Shown here: in pieces, positions 63,300 to 64,000 of the stretch | Layout of the letters: every line of letters starts with the position of its first letter | How positions within the stretch are numbered: position 1 is the first letter of the stretch | Assembly (NCBI GenBank): GCA_964016885.1 | Contig: OZ024764.1 | Coordinates: 24,800,001-24,864,000 of the forward strand | Reading direction: 5' to 3' | Source: Eledone cirrhosa | Taxonomy: Eukaryota | Length of the DNA: 64,000 bases | Program-made: the position numbers and the translations under genes | Notes under the pieces: generated by a model | What the model was told of the DNA's origin: nothing | The model's database searches: none | Seen by the model: the letters and a program-made list of their open reading frames with translations, nothing else

Positions 63300-64000
63300 T
63301 ATCATCATCATTTTACGTCTGCTTTTCCCTGCTTGCAAGGGTGGGACGGGTCTTATTCAGCGCAGCATCTCTCCACTCGTCACTGTCCCTCGTCATCTCC
63401 ACCGTGAGCTTCAATGATCTGAGGTCTGTTCTCACCACATCCGCCCATGTTTTTCGTGGTCTACCTCTACCACGTCTTCCTTCAACTGGAAATTCCTAGC
63501 ACTTCTTCACCCATCGGTCATCCTCCATGCGCATCACATGTCCATACTACCTCAGTCTCCTCTCCCGTACACTACATTCTATCCCTCTCAGACACAGTTT
63601 CTCTCTCAATACATTTATGCTGGGTCGTTCACGCACATTTACACTGCACATCCAACGGAGCATGCTTGCCTCATTTCTCTCCAGCCGTCGCATATCCTCT
63701 GCAGTTGCTGCCCATGTCTCACTACCAAGCAGCATCGCGCTCCTCACACAGGCATCATACAACCGGCCTTTCGTACGCAGGGAGAAACCCTTCTTCGTCA
63801 ACAGAGGAAGCAGCTCCCTAAACTTCTTCCAACCCGTCCATATTCTAGATACTATGGCCTCTGAACACCCTCCTCCCATGCTAATCTGATCTCCTAGGTA
63901 CCGGAAGCTATCCACCACTTCTAGAGCGCCCTCTTGCATTTGAAAAATGTGTCTATCAGTGCGACTTCTACTGTTTAATTTCCCTGTACATCTACTGCAT
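63300..64000 (-). mobile_element. RTE (BovB-like) 3' fragment, close sibling of 54916-55950
   Basis: ORF 63547-63939 nearly identical to 54927-55553; premature stop (TGG to TAG). Confidence 0.9.

Overview
Eukaryotic, extremely repeat-rich 64-kb window. The SINE types and (TA)n load suggest an octopus-like cephalopod genome (inference). The only well-supported host coding sequence is a minus-strand exon encoding a six-cysteine chitin-binding type-2 (peritrophin-A) domain (7237-7476), with candidate upstream exons at about 8.2, 32.9 and 34.6 kb, so much of 8-34 kb may be intron. The rest is non-LTR retroelement debris (CR1-like, RTE-like, RTE-X-like, CRE-like, Penelope-like), two head-to-tail near-identical inactivated L1/Tx1-like elements (period 5757 bp), tRNA-derived SINEs, MITEs, microsatellites, many minisatellites, a 615-bp tandem array and a 200-N gap. 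Less obvious structure: (1) about nine minimal type I hammerhead-ribozyme-like motifs from several families, including U3-A8 covariant cores and an inverted pair; (2) at least three minisatellite arrays expanded from LINE coding sequence, one pair inflating a short RTE fossil to about 8.6 kb; (3) recurrent fold-back hairpins in short (TA)n-bounded cassettes, one centred on a hammerhead stem II and abutting the 615-bp array. All calls are by eye; no searches were run.
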